Shown piece by piece: positions 53,201 through 64,000 of a stretch of 64,000 nucleotides of DNA (within the stretch, counting starts at the first letter, position 1; each line of letters starts with the position of its first letter). Where the stretch lies: NCBI RefSeq assembly GCF_964355755.1, contig NC_092674.1, positions 4,960,001 to 5,024,000 on the forward strand, in the 5' to 3' direction. Made by a program: the position numbers and the translations under genes. The notes beneath the pieces are model-generated. The model was not told the origin of the DNA. It searched no databases and saw nothing but the letters and a program-made list of their open reading frames with translations. The DNA is from Antedon mediterranea (lineage: Eukaryota > Animalia > Echinodermata).

Positions 53201-54850
53201 GAGATATCCGTGTCGCCATCGATCAAAATACTAATGTATCGCTGTTTGTCAACATCATTTGCAAATCGTTCTTTCATCGAATCTGCTATTACGCCGATTA
53301 GCTGGGCGCACACTTGGTGGTTGGCATACGTTGGTGTGATTTCCGCTCCATTTTTGTGGTGCAGTGTTACTAAAGGTCCAAATTTTGTAAACGGCAACTC
53401 TTCCTTTGCAATAAAATAAGCGATGTTCATCTTTTTTTTTACTTCTAACAGCTTTGTCTTTTGACTTTGCAAAAAAGCCCGCTGTAATTGCGAAGGATGT
53501 TTTTGTTGTCTGCGAAGCCAGTTATCACGGCAAGCTTGATGTGACTTTGATCTAGAATGGAGCGTCAAAGTCTCTCTTTTAAATCTTCCCTGGACTCCTG
53601 TAGCTAAAGTACTTTTTTTTCCTGCATTATCTTTGCAATACGCGCACCACATAATGTTGTCTGTCTTTGAATAGCGCAGAAATGGAAATTCTTTTAACCA
53701 CTTCTCCTGGAAATGGTATGGTTTAGGCCTGTTTTTAGCAGCGAACCGTGGGCGCTCTGCAATTTCTGCGGTCTCCTCTTGGCCTTCTTCTAGGCCTAGG
53801 TCATCCTCTCTAACTCTATCTTCTTCCAACAAAGGTTCTTCATCATCAGACGACAGCGACATAGAATCGGGCTTATCATCAGTAATTATTGATTCGTCTG
53901 AACTTTCTTGTTCTTCCGAGACCGAGGTAGAAGACTTAAAAAAATCAGAAATTTTTTTGTTCATCTTTTCTTGATGAAAAACACGTCACGACAAGATGAT
54001 GTGATGTAATGGCCGCCGGCGGGAAGATCGGAGCCTAGTATAGCCGCAAAAACGTGTGGAGTACAATTTGTCGCAAAAAAAAGCGTGCGCGGGCGGTGGT
54101 GGTGGTGTAATGTGAGCATGCGCTCTGCCATATTTACATTTATTTTATATTTACATGACTGAAAATATTTTTCCGTTTGTTTGTAATGTAAATAAATCAA
54201 GTATTACATCTACAGCTATCTATAAACAATACTGCTGTTTAATAAATTAATTTATTAATGAATAGATATTATTATAATTATTATTACATCATTAATTACA
54301 TTTTATAGTAATCATTAATTAGTAATAGCTACATTATAACCATTTATTTATAATGCATAATAAATGCCGATGATACTGCGCGGCGAAAATCCTTTGTATC
54401 TGCCGCGCTCGCTCTGGTTAACTTCTCTCCACAGAGCTGTGTACTACGGCGGCTTCCTTCTTTAAAACGGAGGTGATTTTTTCCACGAGGTTTGTGTGCG
54501 TCCATGTCACACACTGTGTGTTTGGTGTCCTTTGTGTGATTGGGTAAGGCAGCATGCTTATAAATGGACGAACTACCAATCACAACGAGTGTAAAATGTT
54601 TAGCGGCTTTGCACGCTTGAATGAATCTGACTCTGTGGTGGTGGTGACGTACGTACGACGTCGTGTGTGGAGAGACAGATTAAATTACAACAGTGTTGAA
54701 ATAGGGAAAAACACACTGGACTTCAATTTGAAACAACTCGCACAAGCAGACGATCTTGTCGCGCTAGGCGCGACCTATTCTAATTCTTTAGTCGCAACCA
54801 GAAAAATGAGGTCGCAAATGCGACCAAATACCCCTTAATTTGCAGCCCTG
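50275..54850 (-). mobile_element. autonomous-looking hAT transposon with 5-bp TSD (hAT5-like)
   Basis: 16-bp TIR CAGGGCTGCAAATTAA; TSD GCTGT (50270-50274, 54851-54855). Confidence 0.92.
50595..53964 (-). CDS. hAT transposase, ZNF862-like, 772 aa; exons 53964-53100, 52749-52566, 52428-52098, 51949-51707, 51594-51311, 51127-50989, 50867-50595
   Basis: TTF-type zinc finger (WCAYC..H..SKSH), IDGDTD, GADGA, HCMPHRLEL, TRW, CERGFS; all six introns GT-AG and phase-compatible. Confidence 0.9.
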
Positions 54851-55870
54851 GCTGTGTGATCGCTCTCATCGCCTCTTTTGGTGAGGAGCTGGTGAAGGAG
54901 TGTGGTCGTCGGGCTGAGGAGGAGGAGCCGGCCGTGGACCAGACCGCCAAAAAGTCGACGAAGAGGAAGGCGGCAGAGGGAGAACATGGAGAGCGACCGA
55001 CCAAGCGCGATGCCCCGGCACCGAAGGAGGGTAGATCAGTGGTGGCGCCACCGATTGTGCAGGGTACATCGGCTTCGCTTGGTTCGGCGCCCAAAGTGTT
55101 CGACGCCTGTTTTCATCTGGATCGGTTGCAGAGGGACCTGCAACTTTCCCGACGAGCGGACCTCTGGGACGTGGAGCGAGCGGTGCGGGTGAGAAGTGGA
55201 ACACAGCCTGTGGAAGTGGTAGGCGGGATTGCCCTGTTTGGCGATCCAACCACTTACCCCACCGAGCGGGAGATTGGCGGACTGGCGAGGAACGGCTGTG
55301 CGGTGGGCTTGGGAGTGGCTCCTGGCTACTCGCCGACAACGGTCCAATTCGATAGGCTTCTGGCCTTAGCCCGAACTCGAGATGTTCGAGTAATCGGGGG
55401 AGTGGGATTGGACCATTCGGCCCCGCCTACAGATTGGCCGAGACAAGATCTGCTGCTAAAGAGGGTGTTGGGTCGTTGCTTGGACGGCCGCCACCACCGC
55501 ATCCTGTGTCTTGAAGTCTCTGGAGTTCAAGGCGATGTCACTGGGGAGGAGTGCCACTATCGCGTCTTGGACATCCTGCGTCTAAGTCGTGTGTTGAAGG
55601 AGCAGCGTCTGCTTCTGGCAGACTACGCTTCCACGGAAGCCGTAGCCACCGCCTACCTTCGGCATTTCCCCAGGACATACTTTAGCGTGACCAGCCGAGT
55701 GACGGGCTTTACGGCCGATCAACGCAAGGGCCTGCGTTTCATCGCTACCAATGAAGACCGGTGATTGCTGATGGGGTCCAACGGACCGGATTATCCTCCT
55801 GCCGGATACCCAGTTGGAGCACCTCATGTGGATCCAGGACGGGGTGCCCGCTTTTCAAACATGGGAGGAG

Positions 55871-56168
55871 TGTTGTGAACGGCGCCCGCTGGGTAAACAG
55901 ACCACCCCTCCGACCGAACGAGGGCGTCGCCCCGATAGCTTGATCTGCATACAGGGGGTATGCAAATGTTAACGTGGGACCTCGACGCCGCCCGAACCGG
56001 TCTATTCGAAGCAGGAACCAAGGAGAAACGGACGCAACCGGAATTGACCAATATATTTGGATTTACTGCTTTCGGATACTTGTGTGATTTAGGACAAGCG
56101 GGACTGTTAAGGTAAGCCTAGTAGCTTTCATTATCAGGCCATTCCAGCACCGACCTAAAATCACAACA
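55871..56168 (+). repeat. 3' LTR
   Basis: Preceded by a polypurine tract at 55863-55870. Confidence 0.95.
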
Positions 56169-57891
56169 CATATATAATCATATTTATATGATAGCAAGGT
56201 TTAAAGTATTTCATATGTACTACTGTATTTGAATATCAATTTGAAGGAATTATACTTTCTGTTATTTTCAGTTACCATACGTACCATACACACATATTCA
56301 ATCATTGAATAAAACGGTTATACTTAACGGAGCATTTCTAAGCTGTTTGATTTGTGTCCGTGAAATTCATATCTTTATTAAACCATGCTGTTCACTTCCT
56401 TTCTCCATAGAGATATTACAGTGTTCACTATGATACCTCTATGCTTTTTCACATCTCTACAATATGACTGTATGAAGCTGGAATGTTGTTGTTTTGGTCT
56501 TATACCAGAGAATGTCCTCATTTTTGTATAGCCTGGTATATTACATATACAAATACCTAACTTTTTAACATTTAATTCATTTTCAGTCGTTCAAAGGACA
56601 TTATTGAACCACTGATAAAACCTCAATGGTTTGTAAACTGCACTGAAATGGCTGCTGCTGCTGTGAAAGCAGTTGAAGATGGAGATTTGGAGATCATCTC
56701 TGATATGCATATAAAAACATGGAACCAGCAGGTGAGTATCTAAGATGATCCCTCTAAGTCAAGTCTCTGGATCTCCAGTCAAAGCACTTTGATATAATTA
56801 TTGTTATTATTTTTCATCACCAGATCATTATCATCATAATCAATGTCATTATATCATCACCCAGTTTAATTGTCAACATTTATCACAATCATCAATCATG
56901 GAGATTTTAATGATTACTTGCTGACATTGTTTTCATTATTATTATCACAAAACTTTTTTTTATTATTAATTTTTAACAATTTCATAAATTTTAACAGAGA
57001 TTGGTGTTTATCTCGACAACTATGGTGGGGTCATCGTATCCCAGCATATTTTGTGACAATTGACGATGATGCATTTCCAGTAGGGAAGGTACGTTATTAC
57101 ACAGAAAACATAGGTATTTGGCACATAGCAATCGCATCATACATACTGAATGCCAACAGAATAATATGATTAGGGCTTTTGATCTCTACGTCTATTTGAC
57201 CTCCAAGACAGTAGGATTGTTTTTGTGGCTCTGTGTCTTGGTGTTAAAACTAAACACATCTGAAATCTATGGATAGAAAAAAATTCTTACACTTTAAAAT
57301 AACTAGGATTTGAACCTTGATTGTTGACATGGAAATTTAACCTTATTCATTAATAGCATGTGAAAATAAATGCTGTATGATTATAATATTAATAAAATAA
57401 TCATGCTTCTTCACAGGACATTGATTCAAAATATTGGGTGAGTGCTCACACGGAGGAGGCGGCTAGAAAAAAAGCAGCTGAACGGTTTGGTGTGCTAACA
57501 AACAAGATTAAATTAAGACAAGGTACAAAAACAAATTTTTAAAGATTTGGCTGTTAAAATTTGTGTATATTTAATCCTTTTTTAAGATTTAATTTATTGG
57601 TAGAGTAGTTTGTTTGATTAAAATACAATTCAATAAATGTCTTTTTTAGATGATGATGTTTTGGATATGTGGTTCTCTTCTGGTATATTTCCATTTGCCA
57701 TTCATGGATGGCCTGATGAGGTAAGATATAATTTAAGAAGAGTTTGTGATATTGATATTGTTAAAGTTTGTTTATTTCTGAAAAAGTACCTTGTATTAAG
57801 TGAAATCAAATTGAATTGAATTTAGAAAAAAACATTGAAATATATGCCAAAGAATGAAAATCTAAAGATTGGATTTAAAAAACAAAGTTTA

Positions 57892-58090
57892 ATTTCATGC
57901 GCAACCAACAGCGAGTAACTCGCCAATTACAGGATGGATAAACTATTTAATAATTTATCATGCTTATAAACTAAGTCTCATTTAAGGCTTAGGGAGTGGA
58001 GTTACAACCCTGGCGCTCGATCAGGATTGAACCCTGGACCTTAGGATTGGAAGGCAAGCATGTTAACCACCAAGCTACAGCTCCACTACA
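57892..58090 (-). mobile_element. tRNA-headed SINE, copy 3
   Basis: Reverse complement of the 596-816 family. Confidence 0.75.
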
Positions 58091-58539
58091 AGAAAAAAAA
58101 AGACACACAATGAAAGTCAAGAGATGCTGGGAATGCAGATTCAATGATACCAGAGTTGATAAATATTATTTATTTATTTTCTAGACTCCTGACCTGTCAC
58201 AGTATTATCCATCAACTGTGCTAGAAACAGGCTATGATATACTGTTTTTCTGGGTGGCAAGTATGGTGATGCTGGGACAGAGGCTAACAGGAGAAATTCC
58301 ATTTAAAAAGGTAATTATGACAAATTAAAGTTATGAAACAGATTACCTTTAATGTAAACAAATGCTATCTTCAAATAAAAATCATCAAAAAAAAACCTGA
58401 AATTTCCTATACTGCTGAAAAAAACAAAAAAACACTTTAATAACAAACCAATTTCTCTTAATAACAAACCAATGGCTCCAACTTTTCTATCTGATCATTT
58501 CTCCATACAAGCCAAAACAAACTCTGAGGTCGTTCAACA

Positions 58540-58778
58540 AAATTTTATGGACAACGTGCCTTTTCGTGGTCAGCTGCTGTTCTCTTGAACGCCCTTCCAA
58601 ATTATATCAGGAATGCTGAATCACTCACCACATTCAAACAACTCCTAAAATCCCATCTTTTTAATTTGCATTTTCTTTAGTTTTGCTCTTCTTTTTTCTG
58701 TTGATTGTTCAGCGCTTAGAGGCGTCCTGCATTTTGCGCTATAGTAAATTGAACCTTATTATTATATTATTATTATTA
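58540..58778 (+). mobile_element. L2-like LINE 3' fragment
   Basis: TTCAAACAACTCCTAAAATCCCATCTTTT (FKQLLKSHLF), then CAGCGCTTAGAG..GCGCTATA and an (ATT)n tail. Confidence 0.5.
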
Positions 58779-59247
58779 AGAACATGAAAATAATTGCTAA
58801 ATTTTAAAGCTACTATCTATAATCAATAAAGGTATAGTTGATACATTTTACAAGTTAATTTGAAAGAACTATTTATTTTGTCATTTACTTCAGGTATACC
58901 GCCATTCAATGGTACGAGATGCTCATGGACGCAAAATGAGCAAATCACTTGGTAACGTCATTGACCCTATTGACGTTATAGAGGGCGTATCACTTGATGC
59001 TATGCAAGACCGCCTCAAAAACAGCAACTTAAAACATGACAACAAAGAATTGAAAGCTGCTCTTGAAGGTCAAAGAGCAAACTTTCCAAATGGCCTTCCA
59101 GAATGTGGAACCGATGGTCTTCCTGAATAAAAATGTTTTAGGTAATGATTCCTTTCACAGTATGTACAAATTCTTTTCCCCTGCTTGATATTTCAAAGGA
59201 AGAGTGGCGTGGTAGCTTGGTGGTTACGATGCTTGCCTACCGATCTT

Positions 59248-60136
59248 GGCGCTAGTTCCGTTTCGCACCTGTCGTTTATTTCGACTCAAAATTGGTTAAG
59301 TAACTTTATCGTGAGTACCACACCTTAGAATTAAGCCTCTTTAATACTTTTACGAAGGAGATCACACAAAAAGTAAAAAATAAATCCTTTAAATTGATGA
59401 ATTTACAGACGTGTTTCTCGCACATCGGTTCGTGAATTTCGCATACTCGATGTTCAATGTTGTTGTTTCTATGGAGCGCCAAAAGAGCAATCATAATAGA
59501 GGGCTAAAAACTCAGTAAATTGTGTATATTTAATGCATTTATTGGTGAAAATTACGTTCAATTTTATCATATTTTGTCAATGCAACAAAAATATTACTGT
59601 TGATACTGTACATGGTTTTTTCAGGAGCTTTTAGTTAGGAATGAAAATCGACAAATTCATCATCATATTACATGTACTGTAGGGGTATACCTTAATCTAA
59701 ATAATATGCCTCTTAGTCTTAGTCTTACTCTTAGGTTGGTTGCTATTTGAAAACAGCAAATTATTAGCAGTAAAATGTTACAGCATTTTTATTGACAAAA
59801 TATATTACAATTAAACGTGTATTTCAATAATAAATGCATTAAAAGAAGACGCATTCCACTGAGGTTTTAACCATCTATTGTTGTTGCTCTTTTGGCGCTC
59901 CATAGAAAGGAAAATATTGAACTTCGAGTATGCTAAATTCGCGGCGAACGGTATGCGAGAAACATGTCTGTAAAATCATCAATTTAAGGATTTATTTGTT
60001 ACTTTTTATGTGATTCTTCTTCATAAAAGTACTTATGAGGCCCAATTTTAAGGTGTGGTATTCACAATAAGTTGCTTAACAATTTGGAGTCAAAAGGAAG
60101 TCGAAATAAAAACAGGTGCGAAACGGAACTAGCGCC
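59248..60136. mobile_element. palindromic MITE with 8-bp TSD (Merlin-like) inserted in a SINE head
   Basis: GGCGCTAGTTCCGTTTCGCACCTGT TIR extending about 350 bp; TSD CCGATCTT (59240-59247, 60137-60144). Confidence 0.85.
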
Positions 60137-61838
60137 CCGATCTTAGGGTCCTGGTTTCAAACTTCGTTTTTAGTCGCATGCAACGCAACTCTACAGTTCA
60201 CTATGTCGGTTGGTCTTTCGGTCGGTTAGTCGGTAAACACTAACTTGAGCACGCGACTGCAGCCATGTATATGGCCGTGTTTTTAGAACATCTTGTTGTG
60301 AGTACAGTACAATGTTTATCTTGTGAAGAGGAAGGGTTTGCCAAATCAATGTCAAATCACTATGGTTATCCTTGGCAATAAACCTAAATTGAGAATGAAT
60401 GAATAATTCGTATAAAACAATATAACTTATTTATATTATTACAAGATTCACACATATATTTCTGTGGTCATTTATTTGAGCAAATGCACTCTTATGATTT
60501 AGGTGCAAATAGTGTATTACTATTTTAATGACATTTAAAAAAAATAGGGGTAGCTGACTCGGCTTAAACTGGCCCTGCACAGCAATATTTAATCTTTAAA
60601 AAAAATTTTTTTTATTGATTTTATACTGGTCAAATAAATAACGAAACAAAACGATTCTGATTTTTAAGGTGTGGATTTAAACTTGGATGTTCTGAAGCTT
60701 GTGGAATACAGACATTTTTGTAACAAGATTTGGAATGCTGTCAAGTTTGGTTACAATCACTTTGGAAGTGATTTTAAGCTGATGAGTAATGAGAGTGTAT
60801 GTTATATTTATTTTAGTTTATATAATTGGATTAAATACAAATGTTTTATAATTGTGAACTTCTCAATGTTGTTAAGTTGATTTTGCTCTGTATATTACCT
60901 CTACAGGTTATGCAAAACAGCAGACCAATTGACCGCTGGATCCTTTCTAAGCTCAGCCATACAGCGGAAATTTGTAATTCTGGTTTTCATGATTACAACC
61001 TGACAGTGGTGACATCAGCAATACGTCAGTTTTGGCGGCAATGCCTGTGTGATGTGTACCTGGTATGAGGTACAGTACTATATATGTATATCTGTTAGAT
61101 AAAGGTTCAATTGATTTTAAGTTGAGTAATATCAATAAGTATATACAGTAATATTAATCAAAACATTGTATTGCACTACAAACTGTTTAATGAAGGAGAT
61201 AACAATATCAGCTGCTAGTTTCTGAGATGCCTAATATAACAAATCCAGTGAATAAGGCCAATGTGCCTGGTTTTTGAAGAATTAACTACAATCTTCTCTT
61301 TTTATTATACAAAGGAGACAATCAAGCCATCATTATATGATGATGAATCAGTCTCTGGTAATGTTTCACGCTCTGTTCTGTTCATGTGTATTGAGGCTGG
61401 CCTGAAGCTTCTAAGCCCCTTCATGCCTTACCTTACAGAAGAGCTGTATCAGAGATTACCCGGCCTACAACATGTTCCTAGCATTTGTGTTGCACAATAC
61501 CCAACTACTGAAGAAGTAAGTTATTTTTTAATTGTGCAAATATAAAGTTACAAAAGTTATTTAAATCCATCCCCGACATTTAATTTAAAGGAGATTGATT
61601 TATTATCATCATGTTTGTTATAGTTTTTTTGTTTTTATTTATATTTAGACTGCTTTCTCAGAGAGCCAATGATCATCTCTCATTAGCTCTATTGTCATTT
61701 TTATTACCGCTACACCATTATAATAATTTCTCTCATCTCAAAAATTATGTGATACAAAATATTCAAATGACTTTGATGAATAATCATTTATTCTAATGTC
61801 TTTTGTTTAATATTCATAGTTTCCATATAAGGATGTAC

Positions 61839-64000
61839 ACTTACACTTACACTTAATGTTTGATGGAAATAGTTTAGGCTAGTGCCTATTAGATTCCATT
61901 TCTAGCCGAAAATAGTTGTCAAGTCTAGACTTAAAGATGTTCACTGAAGAGGCTTGTATTACATATTCAGGCAGAGAATTCCAGTGATGTATGACTCTGA
62001 TGGTAAAAAAGTTGACCCTGCACATAAGATTTCCTCTAAGTTTTGGACGATATAGTTTTAAGCTGTGTCCCCTGGTTCTGATGTTGTGAGACAATTTAAA
62101 TAAATCTTTTGGGTCAATATCCTCAAAGCCTTTCAACATTTTGAAAGCTTCAATCAAATCTCCTCGTAGTCTTCTTGTCTCTAATGGTTGAAGATCAAGA
62201 TATTCTAACCTTTTTTCATATGGTAGATCACTTATTGACTTGACCATCTTTGTAGCTCTTCTCTGCACCTTCTCCAAGATTTTTTTGTCTTTGTTATAGT
62301 AAGGAGACCAGGACTGTATACAGTATTCCATATGTGGACGGATGTATGCCTTGTACATGACCTGAAAACTTTCTTTGTCAATATTTTTGAATGTTCTTTT
62401 GACAGTTCTCATACTATTCGTCGCTCTAGCTGCTGCTGCAGCACACTGTCGGCTTGGCTTGCAGTCGCTAGTGAAGATAACACCAAGGTCTTTTTCTTCG
62501 TTTACTGCCAATAACGTTTCTCCATTTAGACAATATTCTGATTTCTCTGTCTTTCTACCAACATGGAGCACTTCGCATTTCTTGGTATTGAATTTTAGCA
62601 GCCTTCTGACCATTCCTGAGCCCTATCAAGATCAATTTGAAGTTTTCTTGAATCCGATTTTTCTTTGATGGTCTTTATAATCTTTGCATCATCTGCAAAC
62701 ATGTTAAAGTCTGCGCTGATAATTTTATCTGGAAGATCGTTTATGAAGAGGATGAATAGGATTGGGCCAAGGACTGATCCTTGTGGGACTCCACTCACTA
62801 CATCTACCGGCTTGGATGTTGTATTTCTTACAATTACTTTCTGTGTTCTTCCTGCCAGAAACTCAGCAATCCAATTTATAGTCTTACCAGATATTCCATA
62901 GCCTATCAGCTTGTGAATTACGCCCGTATTCTTAAACCGGACTTTAGTCGTAGTTCGAGCTAAAACTAAAAAAATGACGTCATTTTAATTCATAAACCGA
63001 ACTTCAACTAAATCACCGACTAAATCAGGCCAACCTCGACTAAATCGAGACGGATTTTGATCGATTTTTTTAGTCCTGGAGGGGGAAGACTAAATGGTCG
63101 ACTAAATGGTTTTTAAACGATGTTTATAAAAAACGTAACAGTCATTGAGTTGTTATATTGGCCAGATATTGAAGAATGAAATATCTATATTTATATTAGC
63201 TTAATTAAATATACATTGGTATAAATTATAATAATGAAAATCATCTTTATTTACAACTGTATACAAATTACATTATTTTCTTCGCGCAAGTCCGACTTGA
63301 GCTACGTCACGCCATAGCGACAATGGGAGATGCGGCAATTCACCACGCGATGGAATGTTTAGGGGGCCTAGCGCTTTCTTGTCACGCTATGAAGTGCGTG
63401 GTTCGTGGCGATCATACTTTGTTGGGGGCCTAGAAAATATAAAAGTTACCGTACCGCCATGGTTCCTAAATATATTTTTAAGATTTTATTTGTTGTTAAT
63501 CAAATATACTTCACTGTTAAATTAATACTGATATTGTTCTAATAATTAACGATTAAAATTATTTTTCATGTATATAGTCCTGATGCGTAAAAAGTGTTGT
63601 AAGAAATGGAAAGTGATATCAATGCGCAAAATTTCGTCTGCTCCTCAAATACTCTCTTGTCATTGGCCAATGTATAGCCTTTGTTACCCAGACGTGTGCA
63701 ACTCGACTAAAAGCTCGACTTCATTAAGTCGAACTGCAAACTTCGACTACTTCGTTTTTTAATCGAATTTGAAGTAATAGCTCGAACTACGACTTTTCCA
63801 AGTCGAACTTCGAACTACGACTAAAGTCCGGTTTAAGAATACGGGCGTTAGTCTTCGATGTGGAACGCTATCGAACGCCTTCATATAATCAAGGTATACG
63901 ATATCCACATCTTCACCACTATCTAGAGCTTCGGTGACTGTTTCGAATGTTTGTAGCAAATTTGTTAGACAAGACCTACCACTTAGGAATCCATGTTGAC
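61839..64000 (-). mobile_element. CR1 LINE 3' part (RT), frameshifted, running off the window
   Basis: YLDYMKAFDSVPH, SGVPQGSVLGP, FADD, EKDLGV, LEKVQRRATK, RRLRGDLI; (TAAGTG)n tail. Confidence 0.92.
62921..63847. mobile_element. PIF/Harbinger-type MITE inside the CR1
   Basis: TIR CGCCCGTATTCTTAAACCGGACTTTAGTCGTAGTTCG, TSD TTA; removal restores VPHRRL-IHKLIGYG. Confidence 0.88.

Larger units (their letters stand above)
49666..55764 (+). pseudogene. ORF3: Cys/His motif plus TatD-like domain; segments 49666-50274 and 54856-55764 (505 aa restored)
   Basis: Removing the hAT and one GCTGT joins IHWRC-VIALIAS in frame. TatD-like motifs FDACFHLDRL, GVAP, IGGVGLDHS, YFSVT, DR*LLMGSNGP. Confidence 0.75.
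41627..56168 (+). mobile_element. Gypsy-type LTR retrotransposon, pol-deleted, with two nested DNA transposons
   Basis: 298-bp TG..CA LTRs, 4-bp TSD CATA (41623-41626, 56169-56172), PBS, PPT GGGAGGAG, gag-like ORF, integrase C-terminal remnant. Confidence 0.92.
31001..61840 (+). pseudogene. VARS1: partial valyl-tRNA synthetase (cytosolic-like); exons 31001-31073, 56587-56731, 56998-57088, 57417-57522, 57650-57720, 58185-58310, 58894-~59141, 60669-60796, 60907-61062, 61315-61515, 61820-~61840
   Basis: LEALKERNLYRGSKDNPMVVPVCS|[59 protein letters not shown]. Lesions: no upstream exons found, phase mismatch at 56731, stop at 59128, CR1 inside an exon. Confidence 0.88.

Noticed and set aside
50267-54858. 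Canonical 8-bp hAT TSD
   Set aside because: The 8-mers differ (GGCGCTGT vs GCTGTGTG); only 5 bp match, and removing 5 bp restores the host frame.
54856-55764. Bacterial contamination or a standalone horizontally acquired tatD
   Set aside because: It lies between paired LTRs with a TSD, joins in frame to 49666 and follows a spliceosomal acceptor.
54780-55830. Overlapping alternative-frame and antisense ORFs
   Set aside because: Expected by-products of GC-rich coding sequence; only the 54856 frame has domain motifs.

Overview
AT-rich animal genomic DNA with spliceosomal introns, probably a marine invertebrate (inference), and heavily nested with transposable elements. Host genes: an apparently intact somatomedin-B-domain 7TM receptor (minus strand, about 912 aa); a six-exon acidic orphan gene with two frameshifts; two paralogous intronless genes resembling a very divergent forkhead/winged helix, the second split by two Academ transposons and ending in an eh1 motif once restored; and a 5'-truncated, disabled valyl-tRNA synthetase copy. 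Mobile elements: three Academ-type elements, a full-length Tx1/L1 LINE, a CR1 LINE, an intact 7-exon hAT transposon with a 5-bp TSD, Helitron/Helentron derivatives, MITEs and SINEs. The most notable object is a young, pol-deleted Gypsy-type LTR element (41627-56168). It has a ComEA-like HhH at the Gag N-terminus, a PHD finger on the integrase tail, and a third ORF behind a strong splice acceptor in the env position. After removing the nested hAT, that ORF encodes a Cys/His motif plus a TatD-fold domain that has lost most catalytic residues. All family assignments are by eye from motifs; no searches were run.
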